Shown: piece after piece, positions 51,767 through 61,600 of the stretch
How the letters are laid out: each line of letters opens with the position of its first letter
Position numbering within the stretch: position 1 is the first letter of the stretch
Assembly (NCBI GenBank): GCA_965230295.1
Contig: OZ246001.1
Span: 3,552,001-3,616,000 of the forward strand
DNA from: Marinicella sp.
Lineage (GTDB): Bacteria; Pseudomonadota; Gammaproteobacteria; Xanthomonadales; Marinicellaceae
Direction: 5' to 3'
DNA length: 64,000 nt
The notes under the pieces: model-generated
The model's database searches: none
What the model saw: only the letters and a program-made list of their open reading frames with translations
What the model was told of the DNA's origin: nothing
Made by a program: the position numbers and the translations under genes

Positions 51767-51886
51767 AAAAGTAACAACCGCTGTTGGACAGTCAGCAGCG
51801 GTTTAACTTAGGAAACGATATGCAAGATAACAACGACAGAAAAACTAAAAACTTTATGAATACGAAAACACATATGAGAGAACATC

Positions 51887-52849
51887 ATGAACAAACAACT
51901 GTTAGACGAGGTGTTGTATTGCTTATCTGATGATCGACACACATACCATTATTTCAAAGATAAATATTGTATGTTCCTGTTAGATCATTACATCAAGGAA
52001 GAAACACCCGTTAAAAATATTAAAAACAGCCACTTAGCCAGGTTTTGCCAAAAACCAGTGGTCAAAACATGGTTAGCCGGCATGGGTAAGAAAACCGTCA
52101 ATCCAGAAATGATAGCTGCCATGTGGCCAACTGATCTATATCACTTCACTGTGACATTAGGTCAGTGGGGTGGTGATGACCCCTATTGGCAACAAACGGC
52201 CAGACCCGGGTTTAACCTGGTGGTTCAATTGAACTTCAGTCGTACACACGATCGAATGTATCAGGCAGTGATTGAAAAAGATTCTACATATCAACCTTTT
52301 GTTTGTGAATCTCATCCAATCCATGGGCATCGAAACACCATTGCTTGGGCGCGTTTAGACATCAGTGAAGATTTTTCAGAGGTGCTGATTGAAGAAGTAC
52401 AAAATGATTGGCTCAGATATGCTTGGGGGCTTTATCAGTCCATTAAGAAAGATCCCAATGCAGAACGCCTGGCACGGCATGGCTTTCGAACCAATTGGGA
52501 TCGACTTCAAGCTTACTTTGAAGATGAGATCAAACCCATGATGCAGGTATGGGATGAAGCCATCTTGTGTGCCACATTGGAATATGTAGTCACTCAGATT
52601 GGCGCGGAAAAGATCTATATGTATGACCATTTGACCGGTGTAGAGATGAAATCGATGGGTCATTGGCATCCACCCAGATCTTTATACACCCAACTGCCTA
52701 AAAAGTTCGGTTTTGAAATCACGACGGAATCACCCCGATTTTACCAGGATGATTTTCGTCTTGAACGGCGAATGAAAAAGATTCGCCAAAGGATGACGCC
52801 TAAATGGCATTTTTTAAATTTAAACAAAGGAGGTATCTATGCCCAATAA
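51887..52849 (+). CDS. Uncharacterised 320-aa protein in the rtcB operon
   Basis: Long co-oriented ORF; motifs QTARPGFNLVVQLNF, TIAWARLD, LIEEVQNDW, PPRSLYTQLPKKFGF. No family recognised. Confidence 0.88.
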   Translation: MNKQLLDEVLYCLSDDRHTYHYFKDKYCMFLLDHYIKEETPVKNIKNSHLARFCQKPVVKTWLAGMGKKTVNPEMIAAMWPTDLYHFTVTLGQWGGDDPYWQQTARPGFNLVVQLNFSRTHDRMYQAVIEKDSTYQPFVCESHPIHGHRNTIAWARLDISEDFSEVLIEEVQNDWLRYAWGLYQSIKKDPNAERLARHGFRTNWDRLQAYFEDEIKPMMQVWDEAILCATLEYVVTQIGAEKIYMYDHLTGVEMKSMGHWHPPRSLYTQLPKKFGFEITTESPRFYQDDFRLERRMKKIRQRMTPKWHFLNLNKGGIYAQ

Positions 52850-53006
52850 CAACCGCAGAAACTGGGTTGCCAGAGCAGCCATTATGCGCAAAGGCGGGGT
52901 TCATGAAAAAACCCATAAGACCAAAAGAAAACAGGCCAAGCAGGCCTTAAAGAAAAAAATCAGAGCCGAGCACTTCGGCTCTTTTTTGTTGGGTATTCGC
53001 CAATAG
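52839..53006 (+). CDS. 55-aa highly basic protein, candidate alternative ribosome-rescue factor (not in ORF track)
   Basis: AGGAGG at 52828-52833; ATG overlaps the upstream gene end. MPNNNRRNWVARAAIMRKGGVHEKTHKTKRKQAKQALKKKIRAEHFGSFLLGIRQ; 16 K/R vs 2 E. Confidence 0.75.
   Translation: MPNNNRRNWVARAAIMRKGGVHEKTHKTKRKQAKQALKKKIRAEHFGSFLLGIRQ
52962..52987 (+). terminator. Intrinsic terminator inside the 55-aa ORF
   Basis: agagccga-gcact-tcggctct then T run to 52987; the ORF stop is at 53004-53006. Confidence 0.8.
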
Positions 53007-53286
53007 CCACCAGTCAACAGAGACTGGTGGCTCAGGATCGATCACAATATTTATGCAGTAGGGCAAACTTCGAACTCGTTATTAGATGACATTGAGCATT
53101 TTAAACCCACCTAAAAAACTCAACAGTGCTGGACAAGCCAATAGAAACCTCGACTCAGGGAATATTCAGTGCCAAAACTTTGAACCTTTTCAAAAAAATC
53201 AAAGGGATTGAGTTGAATCAATGTTTTTATGGGTGGTTTCACCGAGACTTTTGGTATGATTCGGAGCTGAAGTTTGGGGTGAGTTA

Positions 53287-55065
53287 ATGAGTAAATCAAT
53301 TCAATTAATTACATGGTTTTTTATCATGCAGTTGAGTGTGTGTAACATAGCAATTGCTGAACAACCGTGTACAGAGGTCATCAAGAAAGGCGATTATCCT
53401 GCTGCTCTGAAAGTGTGTAGTGATGAATCACACAGGAAATCTAACCAAGATATTGAGGTCTTGCTCTCATTGGTGGAAATCAACCATGAACTGGGTGATG
53501 ATGAACAAGAAGCCTACTATTTAGCCAAAATCAAGACCCCCCCTACATTTCTTGAAAACATCGAATACCAATATCAATGGAATCGCAGGGTGGGGCAAAA
53601 ATACTACTTTTTAGGCGATTATCAACAGGCCAAGAAATATTTGCACAAAGGCCTAGACATTGCCACCACCGAGGCTCAGCAAAATTGGCAAAGCAAGAGT
53701 TACAACGATGTGGGTTTGGTTGCTTATAAATTAAAAGATCACACCAGTGCTTTGAGTTTCTTTAAACAAAGCCTCAACCTAAAAAGAACACATGGCAATG
53801 CCTACGAAGTGGGCAAAACACTCAACAACATCGCATTGGTGCACATGGAACTGGAAGAACATGAGCAAGCGGTTGATTTTTATGAGCAGGCACTGGATCA
53901 ATACCTCGCCTATGTCAAAGAAGATCAATTCGATGAACGGGTGTTTCAACAAATTGCCCATATCTATGAAGACCTGACCCAGGCATACACAGCTTCAAAG
54001 AATGTGGTCAGAGCCAAAGATTACGCGGCTAAAATGGTGGCCACATTTAAATTAAAAAACTCACCAAAAGCACAGGCCAGGGCATTGTTAAACTTAACCA
54101 GGCACCACTTGGGTTTACAGCAATACCCAACCGCCAAAGTGTTTTTAGAGGAAGCCAAGCGGTTAAAAGCAGACAATGATTTTGCATTCGAAACCAGTTA
54201 CTTCCTGGATGCCGCAACCATTGCATTCCATCACAGCAAACACTCTGAAGCCGTGCAGTTGGCAGAGCAGGGTTTGAACGCTGCCATAATCGAGAAGGAC
54301 CATCGATTGATCAGTCAGTTCTATGCCCGTTTAAGTGATTTCTCAAAGGCGGAAAACCCCTCATTGGCATTGCGTTACATGGAACAACAGCAACAAAGTC
54401 GTGAGGCATTTTTACAAGAAAAATATGACAAAGACCTCAGTACCATTAAACATGAAGTTGAAAAGCAACAAATCAAACATGACCTCATCAATGAACAATT
54501 ATTGAATGCACAAAAGTCTGCAGAATTGCAGCGACTGACCAATGGTGTGTTGCTGGTTTCAATGGTTTTGCTGTTGATCACGGGTGTATTTATCACCTAT
54601 GTGGTCAATAAAAAAAGAGAGCAAAAGGAATTGCTCAAATCGATCAAACACCACAAACAGCAATTATTCATGATGCAAAATCAACACATGGTTTTGAATG
54701 AGCCTGATCAACTGAATCAAAATCAAGGGGTGAAGCAGTCACTGAAAGTCAATTTGGTCAGTACCATGATAGATGCATTATCGATTTGGGAAAAAACCAC
54801 CGGCAAAGACCGCATTGAATTGGCTGAATCCAGTAAGGTATGGACCATTTCAATTGATAATGGCACCCTGAGAACACGGTCATTAGACAAGTATTTGGAT
54901 GTTGAAAAGATACCAAAGAATCCCAGATGGCGGAATGTGGTTAAAACTTGTCACTTCATTCTGTCCAGAGAGGAATTGTCAGCAGAGGACCGTTCCCACA
55001 TGGAACAAAAGTTGGCCGAGTTACTCGATCAAGTCAAGCAGTTGTCATTAGGCAAGGTAGCCTGA
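53287..55065 (+). CDS. TPR-repeat membrane sensor with C-terminal cytoplasmic domain
   Basis: Signal peptide, TPRs (SYNDVGLV..ALSFFKQSL; TLNNIALV..AVDFYEQAL), coiled coil, TM (GVLLVSMVLLLITGVFITYVV), C-terminal WEKTTGK..LAESSKVW..RTRSLDKYL..PKNPRWRNV. Confidence 0.85.
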   Translation: MSKSIQLITWFFIMQLSVCNIAIAEQPCTEVIKKGDYPAALKVCSDESHRKSNQDIEVLLSLVEINHELGDDEQEAYYLAKIKTPPTFLENIEYQYQWNRRVGQKYYFLGDYQQAKKYLHKGLDIATTEAQQNWQSKSYNDVGLVAYKLKDHTSALSFFKQSLNLKRTHGNAYEVGKTLNNIALVHMELEEHEQAVDFYEQALDQYLAYVKEDQFDERVFQQIAHIYEDLTQAYTASKNVVRAKDYAAKMVATFKLKNSPKAQARALLNLTRHHLGLQQYPTAKVFLEEAKRLKADNDFAFETSYFLDAATIAFHHSKHSEAVQLAEQGLNAAIIEKDHRLISQFYARLSDFSKAENPSLALRYMEQQQQSREAFLQEKYDKDLSTIKHEVEKQQIKHDLINEQLLNAQKSAELQRLTNGVLLVSMVLLLITGVFITYVVNKKREQKELLKSIKHHKQQLFMMQNQHMVLNEPDQLNQNQGVKQSLKVNLVSTMIDALSIWEKTTGKDRIELAESSKVWTISIDNGTLRTRSLDKYLDVEKIPKNPRWRNVVKTCHFILSREELSAEDRSHMEQKLAELLDQVKQLSLGKVA

Positions 55066-55068
55066 TAT

Positions 55069-55587
55069 CTACTCTGTTTCAAGGTTAGAAATGACTTCGA
55101 CACAGTTGAATGACAGGCCTTGGCTGAAGTCATACAACACATGATGGTCTGCTGCTGCACTGCTGCCATCAATGAAAGTAGATGGTCCGATGAATTGCGG
55201 TATCAAGCCATCAGGAAATAAACCGGAGTAACTGACGGAAACGCCTGCACAAGTGTCGATGGCAATCGATCTGGCCTCATTGAAATGATCGAATACACCA
55301 CAGGTTTTAAACACGCCATCCCAGTCATCACAAACCACACTTTCTGGGCTGATATCTTTGCTCTTTTGGGCCACTATTCTTTTGATTTCCTGTTTGACCA
55401 GGTCTTTCTTGAAGCTTTTTTTGAGATCGCGTTCGGACAGATGAAAGGTATCAATGATGTTGTAGGTTGAATGTGGAGAAATTTTAATGGTGTCCTCTGG
55501 ATACACCAGAATTTCTGTGAGGAATTCATGTGAGTTAACAGGATGAAAACACATAAACATACCAACGAATAATACCTTCTTCAACAT
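55069..55587 (-). CDS. Secreted hypothetical protein (4 Cys in mature part)
   Basis: GAGG RBS; N-terminal signal-like segment; no family recognised. Confidence 0.75.
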   Translation of the reverse strand: MLKKVLFVGMFMCFHPVNSHEFLTEILVYPEDTIKISPHSTYNIIDTFHLSERDLKKSFKKDLVKQEIKRIVAQKSKDISPESVVCDDWDGVFKTCGVFDHFNEARSIAIDTCAGVSVSYSGLFPDGLIPQFIGPSTFIDGSSAAADHHVLYDFSQGLSFNCVEVISNLETE

Positions 55588-55863
55588 TGCCCAACACCTC
55601 TCTGATTAATAGCAACAAGATAATACCTTGTTTTTGCCCGTGTTTAAGAAATGATTCTGGTAAAAACTGGTAAAAATCCAATTTTGTGATGTACATCAGT
55701 ATTTTACAATTCATGCCAACAACTGATCAAAGTCGAGAATTCGTTGTTTGTGGTTAATTTTACCAATGTTTCCTGTGGTATCGGTGGCAATCACTCAAAG
55801 CTTAAATACCATGTCATTGGTTCATTATTTGAACGTCATTATTAACTAAAGAGGTAAAACACC

Positions 55864-56331
55864 ATGAATATAGAAACAAAAAGCAAATCAAAACTGATGA
55901 TCATCTGCTGTCTGATTGGCCTGTCATTACAGTTACAAGCCGCAGGAACCATCAGCGGTCCTGGTTGGTATTATCCAGCTTATCCGATTGGATCAACCCC
56001 CACATACACAACCATCTTCCTGAAAGGTGCCTTTGCAGATGAGGTGTCGTGCGAACAAGCCAAATTTTTAGATTATGACCCAAGTGATGGTATCAAGCCA
56101 TGGGATGGTGGTGCAGGGTGTCACTATATATATGAGAACGACATTGACGCCATCAATGAAATTTACAGTTTGGCATTCAATCCTGGAACAGATCCAATCA
56201 TTGGATTGGATGCTGAGATGCAACATGAATTCATTCAACAAATGGAACAAATCAATGAAGCCCATGACATCAAACAGTACAAAGCAAAAATCAACCGGTT
56301 GATTGATTCATTCAGTAAGCCAAGAAAGTAA
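55864..56331 (+). CDS. Secreted hypothetical protein
   Basis: GAGG RBS; signal peptide ..LQLQA; Cys pair; followed by terminator. Confidence 0.8.
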   Translation: MNIETKSKSKLMIICCLIGLSLQLQAAGTISGPGWYYPAYPIGSTPTYTTIFLKGAFADEVSCEQAKFLDYDPSDGIKPWDGGAGCHYIYENDIDAINEIYSLAFNPGTDPIIGLDAEMQHEFIQQMEQINEAHDIKQYKAKINRLIDSFSKPRK

Positions 56332-56347
56332 CAAGAAGTCAGGATAC

Positions 56348-56380
56348 AAAAAAAGCCGCAATCATCTGCGGCTTTTTTTT
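56348..56380. terminator. Bidirectional intrinsic terminator
   Basis: A7-gccgca-atcatc-tgcggc-T8 between convergent genes. Confidence 0.88.
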
Positions 56381-56396
56381 GCATACATAAGTGTTT

Positions 56397-57185
56397 TTAC
56401 TGACCCACTTCAGTCATGGCCATGATGTTGTAACCTGCATCGACATAGGTGATTTCACCAGTGACACCAGATGCCCAGTCAGAACATAAGAATGCAGCCA
56501 CTTTGGCAACTTCTTCTTGACTGATGTTGCGCTTTAAGGGGGCGGCTTTGGCGACGTGATCCAACATGGATTTGAAATTGCCTATACCAGAGGCGGCCAG
56601 GGTTTTGATGGGGCCTGCTGATATGCCATTGACTCGAATGCCATCAACGCCCAAAGCATGTGCCATATAACGTATATTGGCTTCTAAAGCGGCTTTGGCC
56701 ACACCCATGACGTTGTAATTTGTCATGGCTCTCACAGCGCCCAGATATGATAAGGTCAATAACGACGCATCCCTTCCTGCCATCATTTCACGAGCTGCTT
56801 TGCCGAGTGCAGCAAAACTGTACGAACTGATGTCCATTGCAGTTTGGTACCCATCTCGGGTCAGGTTGTCCAGATATGAGCCTTGTAACAATTCACGTGG
56901 CGCAAAACCGACCGAATGAACGATGATGTCTAAGCCATCCCACTCATTTTTGAGTTCGGTGAACACATCATTGATTTGTTGGTCAGAAGACACGTTAAGC
57001 GGTAAAACGATGTCTGAATTGGTTTGTTCAGCAATTTTATCAACACGTTTTTTCAGCTTGTCATCCAGGTAGGTGAATGCCAATTCGGCGCCTTGTTGAT
57101 GCATGAACTCAGCCGTACTCCATGCAATTGATCGGTTGCTGGCAACGCCAACAATAAGTGCTTTTTTACCTGTAAGAATACCCAT
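56397..57185 (-). CDS. fabI: Enoyl-ACP reductase
   Basis: GVASNRSIAW, HSVGFAP, DISSYSF, YNVMGVAKAALE, SAGPIKTLAA. Confidence 0.97.
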   Translation of the reverse strand: MGILTGKKALIVGVASNRSIAWSTAEFMHQQGAELAFTYLDDKLKKRVDKIAEQTNSDIVLPLNVSSDQQINDVFTELKNEWDGLDIIVHSVGFAPRELLQGSYLDNLTRDGYQTAMDISSYSFAALGKAAREMMAGRDASLLTLSYLGAVRAMTNYNVMGVAKAALEANIRYMAHALGVDGIRVNGISAGPIKTLAASGIGNFKSMLDHVAKAAPLKRNISQEEVAKVAAFLCSDWASGVTGEITYVDAGYNIMAMTEVGQ

Positions 57186-57250
57186 GGTTTTTCCAATAAA
57201 AAGTGTTTCTTATCTTACTTTTTTTGCTGTGGATTTGCCACAGCTGTGCT

Positions 57251-57844
57251 CTAAATGCTTGATTTTTCAAACGTTAGTTTGAAATCAACCAACACTTCAT
57301 AGTTGATGCTTTGTAAGCCAGCAATCTTGGTCAACTGGTTGATGGCATCATCCATATTAAAATCTTTGGCATTGATCATGATCGGCTCAAAGTTAACGAC
57401 CACCATTTGTCCTTTGACTTCTTGTATGATGACTTGTGTGTTGAAAGTCTTCTGGTGACCATGCAGATCCAATTGAAAGGACACTGTGTAGGGTTGATCC
57501 ATCAACCATTGGTTGGGTAATTGTTGGCTGATGCTGGCTGTTGGGTATGTTTCAGTTTCAAACAAGATGCTTCTGAGGCGCTCATCCCTGATAGGGATCA
57601 GTGTGTCAACAGAATTCAAATCAAGTAGCAGGTCTAATTTTTGCTTGCTGATTTGTCCTGATTTGAATTGAATACTGTGTTCTTCAACAGCGACTTTGTT
57701 TTTAGTCGACAGAAAACTCAATGTGCTTTGCTCGGTTATTAACTGCCAATCGGTGTTTTCAATGGTTTTCGAACCTGGTTTTTGCTGTTGTTGACAGGCA
57801 ACCAAACAAAAAATCAACAACGACAGTTTGATTGATTTAAACAT
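57251..57844 (-). CDS. YceI-family lipoprotein
   Basis: Lipobox LVAC; STLSFLSTK, SVDTLIPIRDERL, LDLHG, IAGLQSI. Confidence 0.88.
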   Translation of the reverse strand: MFKSIKLSLLIFCLVACQQQQKPGSKTIENTDWQLITEQSTLSFLSTKNKVAVEEHSIQFKSGQISKQKLDLLLDLNSVDTLIPIRDERLRSILFETETYPTASISQQLPNQWLMDQPYTVSFQLDLHGHQKTFNTQVIIQEVKGQMVVVNFEPIMINAKDFNMDDAINQLTKIAGLQSINYEVLVDFKLTFEKSSI

Positions 57845-57847
57845 GCA

Positions 57848-58621
57848 TCACTCTCCTTGCTCATCTGCAGGAATCAATGGAACCTCTGTGACTTTGGCAA
57901 GTACACCAAACTGTTGGTGGTCAAAGTATTGCCATTCGCCCAACTCAACCCGTTTTTGTTGCGCAATTTTATGAATGATTTGTTCGCCTTCTGCATTGAT
58001 GCGAAATAAATTCATTTTGACATGAAGGTGGGTGAATCGTTGCTTAGAAAAGGCCACTTGGCCATCGATACTGTAATCAGGGTGAATTTGTTTGGTTGGA
58101 AACAGGGTGGGTATCATTGGTTCATCTGCTACAGGCTGTTCAATGGAGTCAATGAGGCTCAGTTTTACATATTCAGGCTGTAAAAAATCAGTGGCCGGTT
58201 GGCGCCATTTTTGGTGCAACAAAGGTTTTAAATTAGGGTTCACTGCAAGCCGGTCAATGACAGGGTGTTCCATCGTGTTGGTTAACATCACCCAGCTCAA
58301 TACATCAACTCGCTGAGGTTGTTCATCAATGGGAACTTGCCATTCTTCAGCCGCTTCCTCTGGAACTTCTTCTGGCTCCTGATAAATAAATAATGGCATT
58401 TCTTGATCCCAAAACTCCAATATTCTGCTGTTTTCAGAATCCACCAATGGGGCATTGTTGAATGTTTCAGTGCTCGGTTGAGCCAGGCGCCTGGCAAATA
58501 CCACCACATCCACATCATACACCACTTCATCCTGATTAAACTGAAGGTACTCTTGTGCCAGTGTGTTCTGACTGACGACCAGCATCATCAGTGCTGCTCT
58601 TATGGACATAGGTATTTTCAT
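57848..58621 (-). CDS. CsiV-family (peptidoglycan-associated) periplasmic protein
   Basis: Signal peptide; YDVDVVVF, PLLHQKWRQP, QQKRV..GEWQYFDHQQFGVLAKV; position directly after mfd. Confidence 0.75.
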   Translation of the reverse strand: MKIPMSIRAALMMLVVSQNTLAQEYLQFNQDEVVYDVDVVVFARRLAQPSTETFNNAPLVDSENSRILEFWDQEMPLFIYQEPEEVPEEAAEEWQVPIDEQPQRVDVLSWVMLTNTMEHPVIDRLAVNPNLKPLLHQKWRQPATDFLQPEYVKLSLIDSIEQPVADEPMIPTLFPTKQIHPDYSIDGQVAFSKQRFTHLHVKMNLFRINAEGEQIIHKIAQQKRVELGEWQYFDHQQFGVLAKVTEVPLIPADEQGE

Positions 58622-61600
58622 GTGTGCAGTATATCAAATAAGTAATGAATTGCATCAATGCGTTCAGCTGCATTCAGAAATTCACCGGAATAACGCAATC
58701 CATCGTTAGGCAAAGGTTTAAAAGTATCTGGCTTCTTTTGTATGAGCTGAATCAATTTGGCATAGAAAGTAGGGGATTGTTCATTGAACTTCAAATCGGC
58801 AAAATCTTCGTTCATCACAATTGATTTGATGTTCAAAGATTTGGCTTTGTGTTTGATTTTTAACACATGAAATAAGTTTTGTGCTTGTTCGGGTAAAGGT
58901 CCAAAGCGGTCAATCAACTCCACCTTGATGTCATCCAGGTCCGCAGGTTGTTTGAAATTATTCATGCGCTTATAAAAAGTAAGGCGGGTGTAAACATCAA
59001 ACATGTAATCCTCTGGAATCAATGCCGGGATATTAAGCTCAACATCTATGTGATCATAAGGGTCTTCCAAAATGTCGATTTCTTCACCATTTTTCAAGGC
59101 TTGAACAGCACGCTCTAACATGTCGCAATACAAGGAGAAACCAATGCTTTGAATCTGACCACTTTGTTCTTCGCCCAGCAGTTCTCCACTGCCTCTGATT
59201 TCCATGTCATGGGTTGCCAGGGTAAATCCAGCGCCTAAATCCTCCAATGATTCAATGGCTTCCAGACGTTTTTTTGCGTCTTTACTGATGCCTTTCCAAC
59301 TGGGAATGATCATGTAAGCGAATGCTTTGTGGTGTGAGCGACCAACCCGGCCCCTTAATTGATGCAGTTGGGCCAATCCCAATTTGTCAGCACGATTAAT
59401 GATGATGGTGTTGGCACTGGGCACGTCAATGCCGGACTCAATGATGGTGGTACAAACCAAGATGTTGAATCGTTGTTTGTAAAAATCCACCATGACAGCT
59501 TGCAATTCTTTTTCATGCATTTGTCCATGAGCCACACGCACTCGGGCGCTGGGATTGATTTTCTGGATGGATTCAGCCATTTGCTCAATCGTTTGAACTT
59601 CATTGTGTAAAAAGTAGACCTGACCACCCCGTTGAATTTCTCGGGTACAGGCTTCATTGATGATGCTGTTTTGCCATTCCATCACTTGGGTCTTGACTGA
59701 CAGCCGGGCTTTGGGTGGTGTGGCAATGATAGACAAATCCCGCAATCCAGACAAAGCACTGTTCAGAGTCCTTGGAATGGGTGTTGCTGTGAGTGTTAAA
59801 AAGTCCACATCGGCTTTCAGTTGCTTCAAGCGGTCTTTCTGCTTGACCCCGAACCGATGCTCTTCATCGATGATGACCAGGCCAAGGTTCTTGAACTTAA
59901 TCCCTTTTTGGATCAATTTGTGGGTGCCAATCACAATATCGGCTTGACCTGATTCACAGGCGGCTAAAATTTCTTTGGTGTCGGTGTTGTTAACAAATCT
60001 CGACAACAGTGAAACTTTGATCGGAAAGTCAGCAAAGCGATCAGCAAAGTTATCGTAGTGTTGTTGAGCCAGCAAGGTGGTGGGGACCAAAAGCACCACT
60101 TGCTTGCCTTCATTGGCAGCAACGAAAGCCGCTCTGAGGGCTATTTCTGTTTTACCAAAGCCCACATCGCCACAGATCACTCGATCCATATGAGTCTTGG
60201 CCTGCATGTCCCTGATGACTGCTTGGATGGCATTTTGTTGATCTTCAGTCTCATCGAAAGGAAAGCCGTCGCAAAACTGGGCAAACTCTTCCGCATCTAC
60301 TGTCATCGCCTGGCCACCTGCAGCCTCTCTTTGGGCATACAGTGAAAGCAACTCCGCTGCCACATCTTTGACTTTTTTGGCCGCTTTTTGTTTGGCTTTT
60401 TCCCATACATCTGAACCCAGTTTATGCCAAGGCGCATTTTCTTCACTGGCACCGGAATACCTGGAAACCAAGTGCAAAGAAGAAACCGGTACAAATAACT
60501 TATCTCCACCGAAGTATTCAACTTCAAGGTATTCGGCTTCTCCATCATAGTCCATCATTTTTAGGCCACGATATCGCCCAACCCCATGGTCTATATGAAC
60601 GATCGGTGAGTCCAGGTGTAAATCGGTGAGGTTACTGATGATGTCTTCAGGATTGGCTTTGTACTTTTTGACTTTCTGGTTGCGGGTGACCCGTTGTCCA
60701 AACAAACAGCCCTCATCTAAGATGGCTACTTGCAGTGATTTCAACCACACACCCTGTTCAATGGGGGCAATACAGATACCCCTTGGGTCATTGCTTTGTA
60801 AAAATGACTGAATGTCCGGAAATGTTTTGAACCGTTTATGGCAAGATTTCAGTTTGCCGATGATCAAATCTTGTCTACCAGGCGAGTCAGCTGTAACCAA
60901 CATTCTGTGAGGTACTTGATCGCAAAACGCCACCATGTTTTCATGCACATCTGCATTGAAGCGTGGCGGTAACTGGCTTGATAGGTCTATGCAGTCTGCT
61001 GTATTCTCAGAGTCCTGGTTGACCCATATGTTTTGAAAGGCGGTGATGTCTTTAAAAGCAGTTACTGCATCGAGGTACAGTTCTTCAGGTGCCAGAATGG
61101 GGCGTTGTAAATCATGTCTGCGCTCTTCATACCGTGCTTTGATTTGTTTTTGCCAAGTTTGCAATACAGGCAAGGTCTTTTGGCAATGTATGAACACGGC
61201 ATCTTCTGGTATATAATCAAAGATGTCAGCCACTTCCCGATGAAACATCGGCAGATACTGTTCGATCCCTGAAAACTTAATGGACTTCCTGACATCCTGA
61301 TACAGGGTGTTCTTTCTGGTGTCAACATCAAACCATTCTCTGAAGCGGCTGAGGAACAATTCTCTGGCAGGGTCATCGAAGGGAAATTCATTGGCAGGCA
61401 TCACCTGAATTTTATTGGTTTCCCTGATGGTCAATTGAGTTTCGGTATCAAAAATACGAATGCTGTCGATTTCATCATCGAACAACTCAATACGATACGC
61501 GTTGTGGCCACCCATCGGGTACAGGTCCAGAACACCGCCACGAACCACAAATTCACCTGCTTCACGGACTTCATTGACATGGATGTAGCCATTTCTTTCG

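Noticed and set aside
51820-51930. 36-aa ORF (MQDNNDRK...) after rtcB
   Set aside because: Weak SD, overlaps the 320-aa gene out of frame, A-rich low-information sequence.
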